The notes under the pieces: generated by a model
Seen by the model: only the letters and a program-made list of their open reading frames with translations
Told to the model about the DNA's origin: nothing
The model's database searches: none
Program-made: the position numbers and the translations under genes
In this document: positions 62,782 through 64,000 of the stretch, in pieces
Numbering within the stretch: position 1 is the first letter of the stretch
How the letters are laid out: every line of letters starts with the position of its first letter
Origin: Oscillospiraceae bacterium
GTDB taxonomy: Bacteria; Bacillota; Clostridia; Oscillospirales; CAG-272
NCBI GenBank assembly: GCA_015065075.1
Contig: SVRA01000001.1
Span: forward strand, 12,234-76,233
DNA: 64,000 nt
Direction of reading: 5' to 3'

Positions 62782-63848
62782 TTTATTATGTAATATCGGC
62801 TCTTTTTCCTCTCGCTATGTGGTTTTTATACTATTACATAACGAAAGAAAATCGAATTGATGATAAGCAAAAAATAAAATTGAGAAATGCTCTAACGGTG
62901 ATATCAATATTGCCTATGTTCTTGTTATTTGTGCTCAGATACAAATACGTGGGTAACGATACCATTGGATACGTGCGATTCTTCGAAAATGAGATAAGAA
63001 CGTATTCTTTTCAGGATTTGCTCGTTCGGGACGAAATGCGCGTTGAAATGGGATATCGCATATACGTAAAGATTGTTTCTTTGTTTACTGACAATTATAC
63101 GGTATTTTTCTTAATAAACGGTATTGTTATTTTTGGAACTCTGTTGCATTTTGCGAAGAAATATACCGAAAATCCCTTTGTATTTTTCTTCCTGTTTATG
63201 ACTCTCGGAACGTATAGCTTTGTCGAAACAGGACTGCGACAGGCACTTGCTATGATGATATGTCTGTGGTCGATCGATTTCCTTAAGAATAAAAAGATAA
63301 TTCGCTTTTTGCTTTTAGTCACCCTGGCATATTTCTTCCATCAGTCAGCGTTGATATTCATTTTGATGCTTCCGTTGTCTTTTATCAAAAAGTACGATTG
63401 GATGATCCTGACGCATATACTTATGGCTATCGTATTCTTTGCGGGATTCACTGCCTTCCACGAGTTTTTCAACGAATGGCTGGGATATGAATATAACATA
63501 GAAGAAACGGGCAACGGTTTGATCTTCTTGATGCTGGTATCCGTACTGTTTATTTTCTCGCTATTTATGATGTATGACAAGCCGAATGAGGTCGACGGAC
63601 AGCCGTTGATCGTGCATCTCTCTTTGTTGACCGTTATATTCTGGCTGTTGCGCTTGGTCTCTCGTACTGCGGAGCGAGTAAGCTACTATTATATATTGGG
63701 ACTATATGCATATTTCGCTCAAGCTACGAAATACGAAAAGGATAAGCTTTCAACGTTGCTTAAATGGTTGTTAATAGCTGCCTGCTTTATCCTGTTCTTT
63801 TATCGAAATCCCGGAACAAATTATTTATTCTTCTGGCAAATGGTGTAA
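62778..63848 (+). CDS. EpsG family polysaccharide polymerase-like membrane protein
   Basis: 356 aa, about 10 TM helices. [12 protein letters not shown] and EMGYRIY are typical of the EpsG/Wzy-like family. Confidence 0.8.
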   Translation: MIYYVISALFPLAMWFLYYYITKENRIDDKQKIKLRNALTVISILPMFLLFVLRYKYVGNDTIGYVRFFENEIRTYSFQDLLVRDEMRVEMGYRIYVKIVSLFTDNYTVFFLINGIVIFGTLLHFAKKYTENPFVFFFLFMTLGTYSFVETGLRQALAMMICLWSIDFLKNKKIIRFLLLVTLAYFFHQSALIFILMLPLSFIKKYDWMILTHILMAIVFFAGFTAFHEFFNEWLGYEYNIEETGNGLIFLMLVSVLFIFSLFMMYDKPNEVDGQPLIVHLSLLTVIFWLLRLVSRTAERVSYYYILGLYAYFAQATKYEKDKLSTLLKWLLIAACFILFFYRNPGTNYLFFWQMV

Positions 63849-63853
63849 GATTT

Positions 63854-64000
63854 ATGAGCGAAAAAGTAAGTGTGATCATTCCTGCGTATAACGCAGAACA
63901 GTACATTAAAGAGTGTATTGAATCGCTTTTTAAACAATCTTATAAGAATTTGGAGATAGTCGTTGTAAACGACGGTTCTACCGATGGGACTAAAGCTATC
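63854..64000 (+). CDS. glycosyltransferase family 2 (N-terminal 49 aa; continues beyond window)
   Basis: My translation gives [46 protein letters not shown], the canonical GT2 N-terminus. Confidence 0.85.
   Translation, partial: MSEKVSVIIPAYNAEQYIKECIESLFKQSYKNLEIVVVNDGSTDGTKAI

Overview
This 64 kb window looks like a Clostridia-type Firmicute chromosome. That is inferred from gene content: IreB, DUF1540, DUF1836, an SpoIVFB-like M50 protease and the lepB-rbgA-rnhB-yraN cluster. All calls come from reading motifs in the supplied translations and the DNA by eye; no database search was run.

**Layout**
- **1-24.9 kb, housekeeping.** clpX/clpP/tig, thrC, a dipeptidase, yraN-rnhB-rbgA-lepB, apgM, nfeD plus an SPFH gene, a DacB-like PBP, ribF and ireB. 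Also an M50 protease, a zur-znuACB-type zinc operon and a ManA-ROK kinase fusion.
- **25.06-43.9 kb, accessory operon (main candidate for a new system).** Nine tightly packed same-strand genes sit between one consensus promoter and one terminator.
  - First come a CvpA-like membrane protein and two small paralogous membrane proteins.
  - Next is a 1197-aa protein with a GH3-like domain, a TM hairpin and a degenerate McrB-like AAA+ domain.
  - Two membrane-anchored McrB-like AAA+ (GTPase-type) proteins follow. Their 1.1 kb ATPase modules are near-identical direct repeats.
  - Between the two ATPase genes lies a 566-aa coiled-coil protein, in the position McrC would occupy but with no recognisable nuclease.
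  - Last are two giant (918 and 1664 aa) membrane-anchored transglutaminase-like proteins packed with MBG (YGX-type) repeats.
  - No DNA-reader domain and no nuclease are visible, so this is probably not a classical McrBC restriction system.
- **44-51.3 kb.** Two large orphan lipoproteins flank a tRNA-Leu(CAG)/tRNA-Leu(GAG) pair. The pair is surrounded by decayed tRNA-Leu copies, including a 165-bp tandem array.
- **51.5-64 kb, polysaccharide locus.** The start of a surface-polysaccharide locus: priming sugar transferase, acyltransferase, aldo/keto reductase plus split transketolase. It continues with a TviB/TviC-like pair, an ATP-grasp amidoligase, several glycosyltransferases and an EpsG-type polymerase.

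Several ORF-track starts were trimmed to better start codons with ribosome-binding sites.
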